Source: Paramoeba atlantica (Eukaryota > Protista > Discosea). Taken from it: DNA of 64,000 nt. This document shows positions 52,620 to 63,126 of this stretch, in pieces. Each line of letters starts with the position of its first letter. Position 1 is the stretch's first letter. Where the stretch lies: positions 248,001 through 312,000 of the forward strand of contig CDRNVI010000053.1 in assembly GCA_977017575.1 (NCBI GenBank), read 5' to 3'. The translations under genes were made by a program, and so were the position numbers. The notes under the pieces were generated by a model, which was not told where the DNA came from, ran no database searches, and worked only from the letters and a program-made list of their open reading frames with translations.

Positions 52620-53557
52620 CAGGGGTGCGAATCTAAAGGTGGGGGGGTCTAAAATTCGTAAAAATTGTCCAATTTTGGAAAATAATAGCGCATTGGATAG
52701 CTCTCACAGAGTTGTATGTTTTAGGACAGGTAGCTTCCGGGGTTTGGGGGGTACCCCCCTTTCATGTAAGGGTCAAAAACACATATTGCAATGCTTTAGT
52801 GGTGTCAATAATTTCTGTAATTTGGATTGCAAAAGACAATTAGTAACCACAGTGCCCCCCGTTCCGACTAATAACAATTTCACAACGCTTCCTGAAACTC
52901 TTCAACGTTTTCTGAACCGTTGCAGAGTGGGTCTGTTTCAATTTAAGGAAAGACCCCTCAATAGCGGCTTCCAGTTGCTGTCGATTTCGGGGTCGAAGAA
53001 GATTTTTGTCTGTGTCCATCACAGACCAGAAGATCGCTCCAGCTCTCTACGCCGTAAACAAGGTCATACCCCTCGTCGACAAGCTTAAGATCCACATCCA
53101 GGAACGCAGGGGTAACCACCGTCGAAACACGCTCTCGGGATGCCGTTAACACGTCACCCGTAAGGGTAAAACGTTCAATCCAACGTTTTACAGTGTTCTC
53201 ATGAACACCAAAGTGCTCTGCCGTAGCGGAGTACGATCCTGTGCGCTCGTATTCCGCCACCAAAAGCATGCGGTGGCGCTCTTTGACGGGGCGGGGGAAG
53301 AATACGATCTATCGCTCAGTACTCCACGGGAAGTCCTCGAGCGAGCGCGCTTTTGGGGCATTTTCTAGTAAAAAATGTAATTTCTGCAAGGGAAAAAAGC
53401 GAAATATGGTATCAAAAATATGTACGTTAAAATCGCAGGATTTTAATGCGCCTAAAACATACAACTCTGTGAGAGCTATCCAATGCGCTATTATTTCCCA
53501 AAATTCGACAACTTTTACGAATTTTAGACCCCCCCCACCTTTAGACCCGCACCCCTG
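52620..53557 (-). mobile_element. IS630/Tc1/mariner non-autonomous deletion derivative (938 bp)
   Basis: ~106-bp TIRs starting CAGGGGTGCG (about 5 substitutions and 1 indel), with TA on both sides. Minus-strand transposase remnants: an HTH (YSATAEHFGVHENTVKRWIERF) and a C-terminus (LEAAI...SFRKRCEIVISRNGGH). No DDE/D core is visible. Confidence 0.9.
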
Positions 53558-53605
53558 TATTTTTTACTGGTTCCACAACATTATTAGGAGAGTATACGAG
53601 TCAAA

Positions 53606-54535
53606 ATGGAGACCATACGGCCCGCTTGCTCACGTGTGCAATCCATGACCAACCAATCCATGACACAGCTATTACAAGGTGTGGGTGAGGTCGAGAATCG
53701 GGTGCGAGTGATTACGGCGCAGCTCGTGGAGGAGAATGCGCGGCGAAATACTCATAGCAGAGACCTTCAAGCTCTGCAAGCAGAGGTGAAACAATTGGAG
53801 TATCGCGAACGTGACGCTAAACATCACTTAGAAAATGCGATCACGAGTCAAAAGCAATAAGAAGAGGAAGTAGCCCGGATGAAAACGTTACTGGCAGAGG
53901 TGAAACAACAGACCCCAGTTCTGATCTCCTTTGAAGAGGCACGAATAGAAAAACTGGAGAAAGAAGCACAATCGTTGCGCACGCAAGCAGAAGAGCTACA
54001 ACGTCTTCCTGAGACGTGGTCTGATTTTGGGGATTCCGCAGATCGTGAACAGCTTGTAACGGTGGAACGCAAGCTTGCGGAAGCCAAAGAAAAGCTGCAA
54101 CGAAGATTGGAACAACAAATGGCCTGCACAGGATGCACTGCACCATATGAAAATTCGGTGAACCCGTTAAACCTTGATGAAATGCAACGTAGAGCTGAAT
54201 TAGAAGAGAAGATTGATAGTGTAAAAACAAAACGTGCTTTAGACACTGAAGCCCACAAAAGAAATATGAGCACTGTTTCACGAGAAATTATGATTCTGGA
54301 AGCTAACCTCAAACGAATGGAATGTAATGAACTTCCCGCAGGGAGTGAAAATGAATACGAGGGGTCACAAAATACCCGACAGTCGAGTGTTGCCGACAAT
54401 TTGAAAAACGTGGAAAACCAGTTATCAAAAGATAAGTTGCTTTTGGAGTCTCTGCACAAACAATTGGCCATGAAGAAGTGCGAATCTTGCATGCAGAATG
54501 AAGAGAGCACGGTAAATATGTCAGCAAACGTATGA
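53606..54535 (+). pseudogene. Coiled-coil protein gene interrupted by one in-frame TAA (53858-53860)
   Basis: ORFs 53606-53860 and 53879-54535 share a frame and read continuously as ...AITSQKQ*EEEVARMKTLL... Confidence 0.6.
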
Positions 54536-54999
54536 CTCTAACAAAAGCTCTTTGTATGTGTAGGGTAGGTAGATAAAAAAAGTTCCTTGTATGCATAGGA
54601 CAGGAGCCTAAATAGAGAAATTATGGTGGAAAAAAAGACGAGCATATTTATTGAACTTGCACCTCTTTGGATGACCCGCCGCTTTTTTTTAACGCGTTAT
54701 CTTGCCAATTTCTTTTTTTATATTGCATTACAGGACACTTTTGAAATACATCTGGTTTCTTTTTTTCTAAAACAGTCAATTCGTTTGCAAACCTTTATTC
54801 CTCCTATTTACCTTTGCTTGATAATTTTTATTGAACAGGGTCCAACAGAATAGAGCGACACAAGACACATTACTTTGACATTGCTATACAGTATCGTACA
54901 TTGCAAACTTTGAAGTCGCTGAAAGAATTGGTTTCACAAACTACTTAATGTAATTCACAAACTACTTAGTAATATATATTTTTTACTTAAGCTACTTAC

Positions 55000-55827
55000 A
55001 TGACAGCTGAAGGCAAAACCTCACGTTGGAGCAAAGAAAAATATCCCACACATGGTGTTCCGACTTATTTGCCACAAGAGATGTTACTGGAACATGATGG
55101 AAAGGCCACGCGAGCGGTGGTATTGCGAGCGCAACTGCAGGATATGGAACGGCTTCGCGAAGCGCAAAATATTGATATCTACTATGCGCGACGTCGGGAA
55201 TGTTCTCCTAATGATAAATGGGACGCCAAAGGACATCGAGTAAATGTGAAAGAGAAAATGTTCCTTGAACGAATGAACCAAATCCGCGCTGAGATAACAA
55301 ACTTAAATGCGGAGGCACATGGTCGAATTCCTGATGCCCAGACGAAGGAGATTGTCCATAAAATATATTTCACTCGTAGGCAGATGGAGGAAAGGCTTCA
55401 TGGAGCGTTGATCGGCGTTCGTGGCAAGACACAACAAGAACTGGAACGGGAGACCAATTGTCGCATTTTACTTGCTGGAAAAGGAATCTCTAACAATGCC
55501 CGACACCACGCATCGCCGGAAGATGCGGGCGATAAGCCACACTGTAAAATTCTTGCACCAGATGAGGAAACGCTGCAGCGTGCCATTGCAAAGATACAAT
55601 TTTTGTTGAGCGATGATCCGGAGGCTGAGGCCTTGCGAGATGAAAATCGTCGCCGTCTGGCTATTGCGAACGGGACCTATCGAGAGGATTTATGGCGTGC
55701 GCGAACTGTGAAGTCTAGCATAACGTCGTTGGATGGAAATTCTGCGAGAGACACGCACCCAGATGTCGGAAAGAAAGGAGAGGAAACAATGGACCAAGAT
55801 GTTAGGGAATTTCTTAAACAAGTGTAA
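55000..55827 (+). CDS. SF1: Splicing factor 1 / branch-point binding protein (KH-QUA2)
   Basis: RECSPNDKWDAKGHRVNVKE (SF1 RSPSP..Y...GKR.NTRE), KH GALIGVRGKTQQELERETNCRILLAGKG, and QUA2 RRLAIANGTYR. Confidence 0.85.
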   Translation: MTAEGKTSRWSKEKYPTHGVPTYLPQEMLLEHDGKATRAVVLRAQLQDMERLREAQNIDIYYARRRECSPNDKWDAKGHRVNVKEKMFLERMNQIRAEITNLNAEAHGRIPDAQTKEIVHKIYFTRRQMEERLHGALIGVRGKTQQELERETNCRILLAGKGISNNARHHASPEDAGDKPHCKILAPDEETLQRAIAKIQFLLSDDPEAEALRDENRRRLAIANGTYREDLWRARTVKSSITSLDGNSARDTHPDVGKKGEETMDQDVREFLKQV

Positions 55828-56395
55828 TGGGTGGAATGAAATAGACTGTAGAGTGAATTTTGGGAAGATGTCTACATGAATCCTATGCATAAACAAAGAT
55901 AGGGTTTCTTGCCTTGTTGGTACTTAGCCTTCGCTCATCCTTTCTTTCCCCGGCAACGGGCATACTCTTACTCTAAATTTTTATACCCGTTGCCGGCAAG
56001 CGCTCCTCTACTTTGCTCCACCTCTATTTTGCTGAAGCAGGGGCCGTGTGATATAGGGATTGCGCTTCCGGTTTTCTGCACCTACACATGACGACTGAGC
56101 TCTGTGCGCCTGGGACCTCAGCTCTGCGCGCCCGCAAATCATCAGCGAGGGCAATCGCTCACGTTGTCCACCCGTGCTGTTGGGACAAAGACATTGTGGG
56201 TAAAGCTCTGTACTATAACTGATTGATAATATATACTTTCATATACAGAATTTTTTGTAGGTGCATTACTGTATCCAATACACGGTGTAGTGCGGACAAT
56301 TACGGATAAAAGATTAGAATAATTTTTCATTTAGCAAAAGTGGTACGATTCTGTACAATGTACACACCGACGGAACCCTTGGAGAGTAATTCTTG

Positions 56396-58357
56396 ATGGC
56401 AAGGAAAAAGAAGAAAGTTGCTTCACCACAAGCATCCATATATCATCATCTGGCTCGCGATGTTGAGAATCCCGGCGATGTACATACAAAGTCTAGATCC
56501 GTCCACGTCGACAAACAGAATTCCCCGACTCAAAGTGAACGCAAAAAAATGCTTCAACGCATTTATGGCCGCAAAGCGGCTCCAATTTTGACATTCAATC
56601 TACAAAGACGAACTTCTTTGTCCATACCTGATATTTCACGAACTCTGTTGTGTTTGCTCTGCGATGATGCAATCATGCCGAACTGGTTTATTGTCCGAAA
56701 TCGCCCGTTCATTCATACCGTCTGTCTAATTGCAGTAGAAGGCTTTACAATTGAGGACAAATCGCACGTCTGTGAACTAATCTCGATGACTAGTCCGCAA
56801 CCTGATACCGCAACTCTTGATGGCCACCAGCACTCTCCAGGCACAGCCGAAATACTTCAATATGTGCCAGTTTATTGCGACGGTAAGGATTGCACAAGCC
56901 AAGACGACGTTTATCGCAAATTCTTTCTACAAAAAATTAACCGACAAAACCGAGCTACCGCAACTCTCAATAACGAAATTGTCACTGCTACACGACCGGA
57001 TCTCGTACACCACAGCAGCGTCGCTAGCGCCATGCAGTTCCTTGAGGCGGACGCTGAAACCTCTCCGGCAATTGAAGAAGTAAAACGGCATCTCTGCACC
57101 CCACCTACAAACTGGAAATGCCAACCCTTTGACCTTTTGCTTCCCCACAGTGAACTCATCGTACACGGCTATCCCCTGAACGCAACTTCACACTCTCTAC
57201 CCACCACGAATGCAACCAATCCCGTCCCCACCGACACTCTCCCCCCTACTACTTCTCTCTCTCTCCCCTGCTTCTCCCCCTTCCGCACCGCTCCCCCACG
57301 CCCTGACTCCACCCCCTCCCCTCCCTCCATCGTCGCCATCGACTGCGAGATGTGTCTCACCCCCTCCGGTTTCGAACTCACCCGGGTCTCACTGATTGAC
57401 TTCTTCACCCACTCCGTACTCTACGACACCCTTGTCCGGCCCCGTGGTACAATCACCGACTACCTTACCCAATACAGCGGCATCACCCCCGCACGGCTAT
57501 CGAACTGTGATGTCACCTTAGAAGGGGATGTCCATCCCACCCTGTTTTCAAAATTCTTGTTTGAGGACACCATTGTGATTGGCCACTCGTTGGAGAATGA
57601 TTTAGCCGCGCTCAAGATTTCGCACGCAAACGTCATCGACACCGCTGTGGTCTACCCCCACCCCGCGGGGTTACCTCGGAAGAACTCCCTACGCTATCTG
57701 ACCTATCGACACTTAAAACGGTATATTCAAAACGGCGATGCGGGCCACGACAGTGTGGAGGACGCCATGGCGTGTGTGGAGTTGGTGAAGCTCAAGCTGG
57801 TCCATGGGGAGCGGTATGGGATGGAGGCGGGCATGCAGCCCACGGAGAGTATTCTGCGGCAGCTGGTAAAGAATGGGGTACGCTGTGCTGTGGTGGATTC
57901 GACCGAACGGGTCGCGGGGTTTATTCCGATTCCGTGTGCCGTGGGCGAACGGAAACGGGGGGTGGGTGCAGGGGAGGTGGGCGGTACGAGCGCAACAGGG
58001 AGTGTGGATGTGGTGGCGGCGTCAAATGATGAAAGGCTGGTGAAGCGACTGGTCACATTGTTACAACGGAAATATGATGTGCAGAGCGATGAGGAGGAGG
58101 GCGATGAGAATTCAGGGAAGGATCGCTCATCTGACAGGTATTTCATTTGGGGTGGGTTATCCGGAATCTGTCCAAGCGACCTACCGAAAACACTTCATCC
58201 TGTAATGGAAGCTGCGTCGAAACATACTGTTTTTATATTTTTTGGGTATCCTGACAATGCAAGTGCGCGTGAACAGGATTCGGACGATATGAGTGAAGTT
58301 GACTTTAAATCAGTCACAAAACCTTTAGGAGTCTTGGCACTCTGGGTTAAGCCCTAA
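56396..58357 (+). CDS. RNA exonuclease REXO1/REXO5-like (DEDDh), copy 1
   Basis: IVAIDCEMC, TDYLTQYSGIT, IVIGHSLENDL.AL, VIDTA, and GHDSVEDA.AC. Confidence 0.9.
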   Translation: MARKKKKVASPQASIYHHLARDVENPGDVHTKSRSVHVDKQNSPTQSERKKMLQRIYGRKAAPILTFNLQRRTSLSIPDISRTLLCLLCDDAIMPNWFIVRNRPFIHTVCLIAVEGFTIEDKSHVCELISMTSPQPDTATLDGHQHSPGTAEILQYVPVYCDGKDCTSQDDVYRKFFLQKINRQNRATATLNNEIVTATRPDLVHHSSVASAMQFLEADAETSPAIEEVKRHLCTPPTNWKCQPFDLLLPHSELIVHGYPLNATSHSLPTTNATNPVPTDTLPPTTSLSLPCFSPFRTAPPRPDSTPSPPSIVAIDCEMCLTPSGFELTRVSLIDFFTHSVLYDTLVRPRGTITDYLTQYSGITPARLSNCDVTLEGDVHPTLFSKFLFEDTIVIGHSLENDLAALKISHANVIDTAVVYPHPAGLPRKNSLRYLTYRHLKRYIQNGDAGHDSVEDAMACVELVKLKLVHGERYGMEAGMQPTESILRQLVKNGVRCAVVDSTERVAGFIPIPCAVGERKRGVGAGEVGGTSATGSVDVVAASNDERLVKRLVTLLQRKYDVQSDEEEGDENSGKDRSSDRYFIWGGLSGICPSDLPKTLHPVMEAASKHTVFIFFGYPDNASAREQDSDDMSEVDFKSVTKPLGVLALWVKP

Positions 58358-58448
58358 CCTTGTCTCCAATTTTTGGCCGTTTTCTCTTTGAGAAAGCACG
58401 GAAAGACCTCTCACACAACTCTGCTAGAGCTTTTCAATGTACTACATA

Positions 58449-58497
58449 TACATGTAATGTTACATTACATGTAATGGACATACATTATGTATGTCCA
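58449..58497. repeat. Two adjacent perfect palindromes, each with a 1-nt spacer
   Basis: TACATGTAATGT-t-ACATTACATGTA (58449-58473) and TGGACATACAT-t-ATGTATGTCCA (58475-58497). Confidence 0.85.
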
Positions 58498-58627
58498 AAT
58501 TTGGGATATTTCCATGTGCTTCGCCCGATGTAAATATTTTATAAAGGCAAAAAATACTTTACATCCTTTGATTCCTAGCGCGTAGTTTTTTCAAAGAACT
58601 TGTAAAATTATTATCATTCCGATTTTG

Positions 58628-60571
58628 ATGACACGCGAAAAAAACAAAGTAGTACCACCCAAGGCATCCGCCACACATCATCTGATGCGCGCTATTGAGA
58701 ATCCAGAGGATGAGAATGTACAGTCTACATCATCTACAGATAATAGCGAACGTAATTCTCGGACGAAGAGGGAACGTACGAAAGTATTCCATGAGCTCAT
58801 TTTTAATAACACTATTTTGGCAATATCTGATATCTCGCGAGCACCTTTGAGCTTGCTTTGCGATGCTACAATCGCGCAGAACTGGCTTGCTGATCGAAAC
58901 CTCCCGTTCATACAAACCGTCTGCCTAATTGTAATGGAGGGCTTCATAACTGATGAAAAATCTTATCTCAGTGACCTAGTTTCAATGATCAGGCCGTCAG
59001 TGAATAGCGATGCTACTATTGGCGATGCCGAACACTCGTCCTCCAATATTGACGACTTACTGATTTATGAATCTGTGCACTTTGACAGTAATGCTTGCAA
59101 AAGTCCTGATGATATTTATCGTAACTTCTTCTTTCACAAGTTTGCCAAAATTCAAACCAAAGTACTTCCAAGAATTGCCAATGTTAAATATTTATCTGCC
59201 CAGTATTGCCCAATAATTGGGCAGCCCCGTCCTGCGTTTTTGTTTCAATCGCTTGAAGTAGAAGCTAACACCTCACCGACAACTACAAAAAGTGCAGGAA
59301 AGATATCTAAGTTACCAACGCTCTGGCAGTGCCATCCTTTCGATCTTTTGCTTCCCTACAGTGAATTAATAAATCACGGGTACCCCCTTGTATCCACTTC
59401 CTCGTCCCAGCTTCTCGCCTCACAGGTGGAAAATCTTTCTCTATCAAACAGTTCGCTCCTTCCTATGTTCTCGCGATCCTCTTCTCCATCTGTTCTCCAT
59501 ACCGCTTCCCCACGCCCTGAATCCGCACACTCTCATTCCTGCATCGTCGCCATTGACTGTGAAATGTGTGAGACTGAATTTGGTAAGGAACTCAGCCGAA
59601 TCTCAGTCGTCGATTTTTTCACCCACTCCGTACTCTACGACACACTCGTCCGGCCCCGTGGTACAATCACCGACTACCTTACCCAATACAGTGGTATCAC
59701 TCAGCGTCAAATTGCGAACTGTGATGTCACCTTAGAAGGGGATGTCCATCCCACCCTGTTTTCAAAATTCCTGTTTGAAGACACCATTGTGATTGGCCAC
59801 TCGCTGGAGTATGATCTCATCGCGCTAAAGATAGCGCATGAAAAGGTGATTGACACCGCAGTGGTCTATCCCCACCCCGTTCGATCTACGCGAAAGCAAT
59901 CCCTGCGGTCACTCACTGAAAAACACTTGAACCGGAAAATACAACAGAGCGCATCCGGCCATGACAGTGTGGAGGACGCGATTGCATGTGTGGAGTTGGT
60001 GAAGCTGAAGCTCATCCATGGGGAACATTATGGGAACAGCTCCGTTCATCGGCACAAAGGAACCATTCTGCGACATTTGGTGCGAAATGGAGTACAGTGT
60101 AGTGTGGTAGATTCGCCAGAACGTGTGGCAAAGTTTATTCCATCCTGTTCACTAGGAGCGCGGAAGTCGGAAAATAGTGCGAGAGGAAGCGAAAATTCTA
60201 CCACCGTGCGAGGCAGCGTGGATGGGATCGCCGCCCCTAACGATGCACAAGTGGTTCAGCAACTTGCTGCCTTGCTACGAGGATGTTGCAGTAAGGATGT
60301 CAAAGATGCGGAAGGAGAAGACAATTCAGGGATTCAGCGTCCGGGAGACACACATTTCATCTGGGGTGGAATACACGGAACCAATCCAACTGATATACCT
60401 CAAACTTTATACCCTGCATTAGAGGCTGCACCAAAAGATACTGTCTTCATGTTCCTTGGATATCCTGAGAATTCAAGTCTACGTGAACAGTCTTCTGTTT
60501 GCAGTACTAAAAGTGAAGGTGATTCACCGTCGAAGTCGTCAGGGTTCTTAGCGTTTTGGGCGAAGCCCTAA
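58628..60571 (+). CDS. RNA exonuclease REXO1/REXO5-like (DEDDh), copy 2 (tandem paralog)
   Basis: Same DEDDh motifs, and collinear with copy 1 from N- to C-terminus. Confidence 0.9.
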   Translation: MTREKNKVVPPKASATHHLMRAIENPEDENVQSTSSTDNSERNSRTKRERTKVFHELIFNNTILAISDISRAPLSLLCDATIAQNWLADRNLPFIQTVCLIVMEGFITDEKSYLSDLVSMIRPSVNSDATIGDAEHSSSNIDDLLIYESVHFDSNACKSPDDIYRNFFFHKFAKIQTKVLPRIANVKYLSAQYCPIIGQPRPAFLFQSLEVEANTSPTTTKSAGKISKLPTLWQCHPFDLLLPYSELINHGYPLVSTSSSQLLASQVENLSLSNSSLLPMFSRSSSPSVLHTASPRPESAHSHSCIVAIDCEMCETEFGKELSRISVVDFFTHSVLYDTLVRPRGTITDYLTQYSGITQRQIANCDVTLEGDVHPTLFSKFLFEDTIVIGHSLEYDLIALKIAHEKVIDTAVVYPHPVRSTRKQSLRSLTEKHLNRKIQQSASGHDSVEDAIACVELVKLKLIHGEHYGNSSVHRHKGTILRHLVRNGVQCSVVDSPERVAKFIPSCSLGARKSENSARGSENSTTVRGSVDGIAAPNDAQVVQQLAALLRGCCSKDVKDAEGEDNSGIQRPGDTHFIWGGIHGTNPTDIPQTLYPALEAAPKDTVFMFLGYPENSSLREQSSVCSTKSEGDSPSKSSGFLAFWAKP

Positions 60572-61407
60572 AAATTGTCTCCGGTTACGAGGTTAGCTGG
60601 GCGGGGGGTTAGAGGGAAAAATCTCAGGTTTCTTTATATTTTATTCGTACTCTTCCGACACTACGTAATCTCCGTTCATACTGCTGATGTGACACAAAGT
60701 TTATCTCAGTATGTTCATAGGTTTTGAAGAAGTCAAGGGTGCTTTTTTCTAAGGGTAGATACATTGTACGTCACACATTTCTATATGTTACATTGGAAAC
60801 GTGCCAAGATAGCCCAAATTAAATGGGCCAGTGTCGTATGATGTACTTGGTCAAAGATTATTAAACATTCTTGCTGAATTGGAATAGTTGCTTAACGAAT
60901 CATTTACGATTTCTTTATGAAACATATTTTTCTTATTTTTCCGAATTCGGAGATTTGGTCTTGCTGTTTGTTTTTCTGTCTTGCTCTTTGTCAGTAAAAC
61001 GTTTTTTGATTCATTTTGTTAGGAAATATTTTTCCAGAACCTTGTTTTACCAAATTTTCATCTGATTAATACCAAAGCAGAAAAAACTGGATCCAGGAAC
61101 TGAAATCTGAAGGTGATCAAATACTTTATTTACTTTCGTGTACCATTGTAAACCTTTTTTTCTATTAAAAACTCTGAAATGATTTTAAGTTCCAACATTC
61201 ACTCTCCTGAGTTTTAGAAGATGATTTTGAGAGAAAAAAACTTTTATTTCTCAGAAAGTGAGCTTGCGTTGTGCATCTGTAAAGTAGTAAAACAAGGGAA
61301 AAATAAATTCATGACTATCTGAGAAAAACAAGTACTTGCTCTGTGACTGGTATTCCTAGACTTCCTTCTAGACTCATTGATTAAAACAATAGCATTCCTT
61401 ACAGTAA

Positions 61408-63126
61408 ATGAGTCCACCACCGAGAGAAATTTTAACTTGCAGTTTAGGGGTCCTGGGTTCGTTGAGCTCTGTGCCTTACTGGAATGCACTCACCACGAGA
61501 GATCAAGAAAACTCAACGCTTTATCGATGCGACGGGAAAGCATGTCGCCCAAGATTTATGGCGCTTTATCCCAGGCATATGCCATTGGAGAATTCTCCGG
61601 GCACCCAAAAGGTTTCATCTAATGAATGCGCCGATCGTGATCCTGAGCGTGATGCATGTAAAATTAGTAAGCCCCACGACAGTACTTGTTTTTCTACACT
61701 TCGTTCAAATTTTCATAATCATGTCCATTTTGAACTTGATCTCCAGGAGAACTCAGATCAATTTGGCGGTCATTCAGCTACAGTCCAACAATTATGCCGT
61801 ACAACTTGTGGTTCAGAATCATCCGAAAATGCGCGCAAGGGAAAGGAGCTCTCAAGATGGCATGAATGTATTACTTCACAATACGGAGACCACTGTGGTG
61901 CACCACATGGTCTTCATTCTCGAACTTTGTTACCTGTTACGCTACCTGCTACGGCCGAACTAAGCTCAATGCCTAACCAGTTGGCCAGTCAGTCGCCTTT
62001 ATCTATGTATGGTCTTGGAAAGGAGCTGTTTGCAAGTACCCGTGAGGTTGTACTAGACAATTTTCGATATTTTCTAGAAGAATGTGAACATCCTCAAGGC
62101 ATACAGTTCTTTACAGAGGCAGACTCGATTTTTGGCGGTTTGCTCCCCGCCCTGACTGAAGCGGTTCAGGATGAAATCGGTCCCCTTGCCTTTATCGTGC
62201 GCGGTTCGATTAGGCCTTCTGTCACAGAGGTGTCTTCACATAATATTGTCTCGGAGATTAACGAGAGAAGTCTCATGCAGACTGAAATCGCGCGGTGGAT
62301 GAGTGCTGTTGAAATGAATAACTGCTCCACTCTGTATATGCCGATAGATCTCACAGCTTATGATGGGAAGATAGATGTGCTTCCCGGGTATACAAATCAC
62401 ATGATTGACACTACCCTGTCCAATGAATGGTTCTTACCATCGCTACTTGCTATTCCCTATCAAGTTGCGATGGATTGTAATTTAGGCCGGGAGCGTGCGA
62501 CCGTACTGACACCTGGCTTGCCGAGCCGCCGTGTTTCATGCTTTCACGAGGTCGCTCATCAGTTGCAGTATTCTTCCAGCACTCGTATTCTACATTTGGA
62601 CATGGCTTTTCCTCATCCTCGTGATTTATCTCACATTCGCCATGGTTCGAGAAAGGCAGAAGACTTTTTTCATTATTCATCTTTCAACTGTAGACCTAAA
62701 ACAGAGCAGACATACTCTCAATTGTGGTCAAGTAGGGGAATTGAAACATCTGTCATGGAAATAGAACATGTCCTGCGATCGCGGCAATATGCACAGACTT
62801 ATAGTCCGAAACGAGCAATATACATTTCTGCACAACCCTATCCTTTGCATCCACTAACCCCTTCGAAGTTTTTGGGTCTCGAATCAAATGCAGATCTCTC
62901 GTCCCTGAAGTTCAGTGAAGTTCCAGTTGCAGTCTGTGGCACAATGGGTTCCCAAACTGCTACATGGGTGAAAGAGTTGGCCGATGCTATCAATGGTTTG
63001 AGAAAAAACTCTTCTTTGCGGCGTAGCATCACTGGTCGAACGTACCCATATATGGAGCACGATGATTGGGTGGGATTGTTTGAGCACAGTGATGCGCTTA
63101 TTGATGACTACAGTTCTACACATTGA
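61408..63126 (+). CDS. MSTO1: Misato/DML1 tubulin-like protein
   Basis: REILT.SLG.......YWN Misato segment II and FRYFLEECEHPQGIQFFTEADSIFGGL. Confidence 0.8.
   Translation: MSPPPREILTCSLGVLGSLSSVPYWNALTTRDQENSTLYRCDGKACRPRFMALYPRHMPLENSPGTQKVSSNECADRDPERDACKISKPHDSTCFSTLRSNFHNHVHFELDLQENSDQFGGHSATVQQLCRTTCGSESSENARKGKELSRWHECITSQYGDHCGAPHGLHSRTLLPVTLPATAELSSMPNQLASQSPLSMYGLGKELFASTREVVLDNFRYFLEECEHPQGIQFFTEADSIFGGLLPALTEAVQDEIGPLAFIVRGSIRPSVTEVSSHNIVSEINERSLMQTEIARWMSAVEMNNCSTLYMPIDLTAYDGKIDVLPGYTNHMIDTTLSNEWFLPSLLAIPYQVAMDCNLGRERATVLTPGLPSRRVSCFHEVAHQLQYSSSTRILHLDMAFPHPRDLSHIRHGSRKAEDFFHYSSFNCRPKTEQTYSQLWSSRGIETSVMEIEHVLRSRQYAQTYSPKRAIYISAQPYPLHPLTPSKFLGLESNADLSSLKFSEVPVAVCGTMGSQTATWVKELADAINGLRKNSSLRRSITGRTYPYMEHDDWVGLFEHSDALIDDYSSTH

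Noticed and set aside
53858-53860. Stop-codon reassignment (Blastocrithidia-like genetic code)
   Set aside because: This is the only in-frame stop seen. TAA, TAG and TGA all terminate well-conserved genes normally in this window.
53848-54510. Minus-strand 220-aa ORF
   Set aside because: Antisense shadow of the coiled-coil gene, with no motif and running against the polycistron direction.
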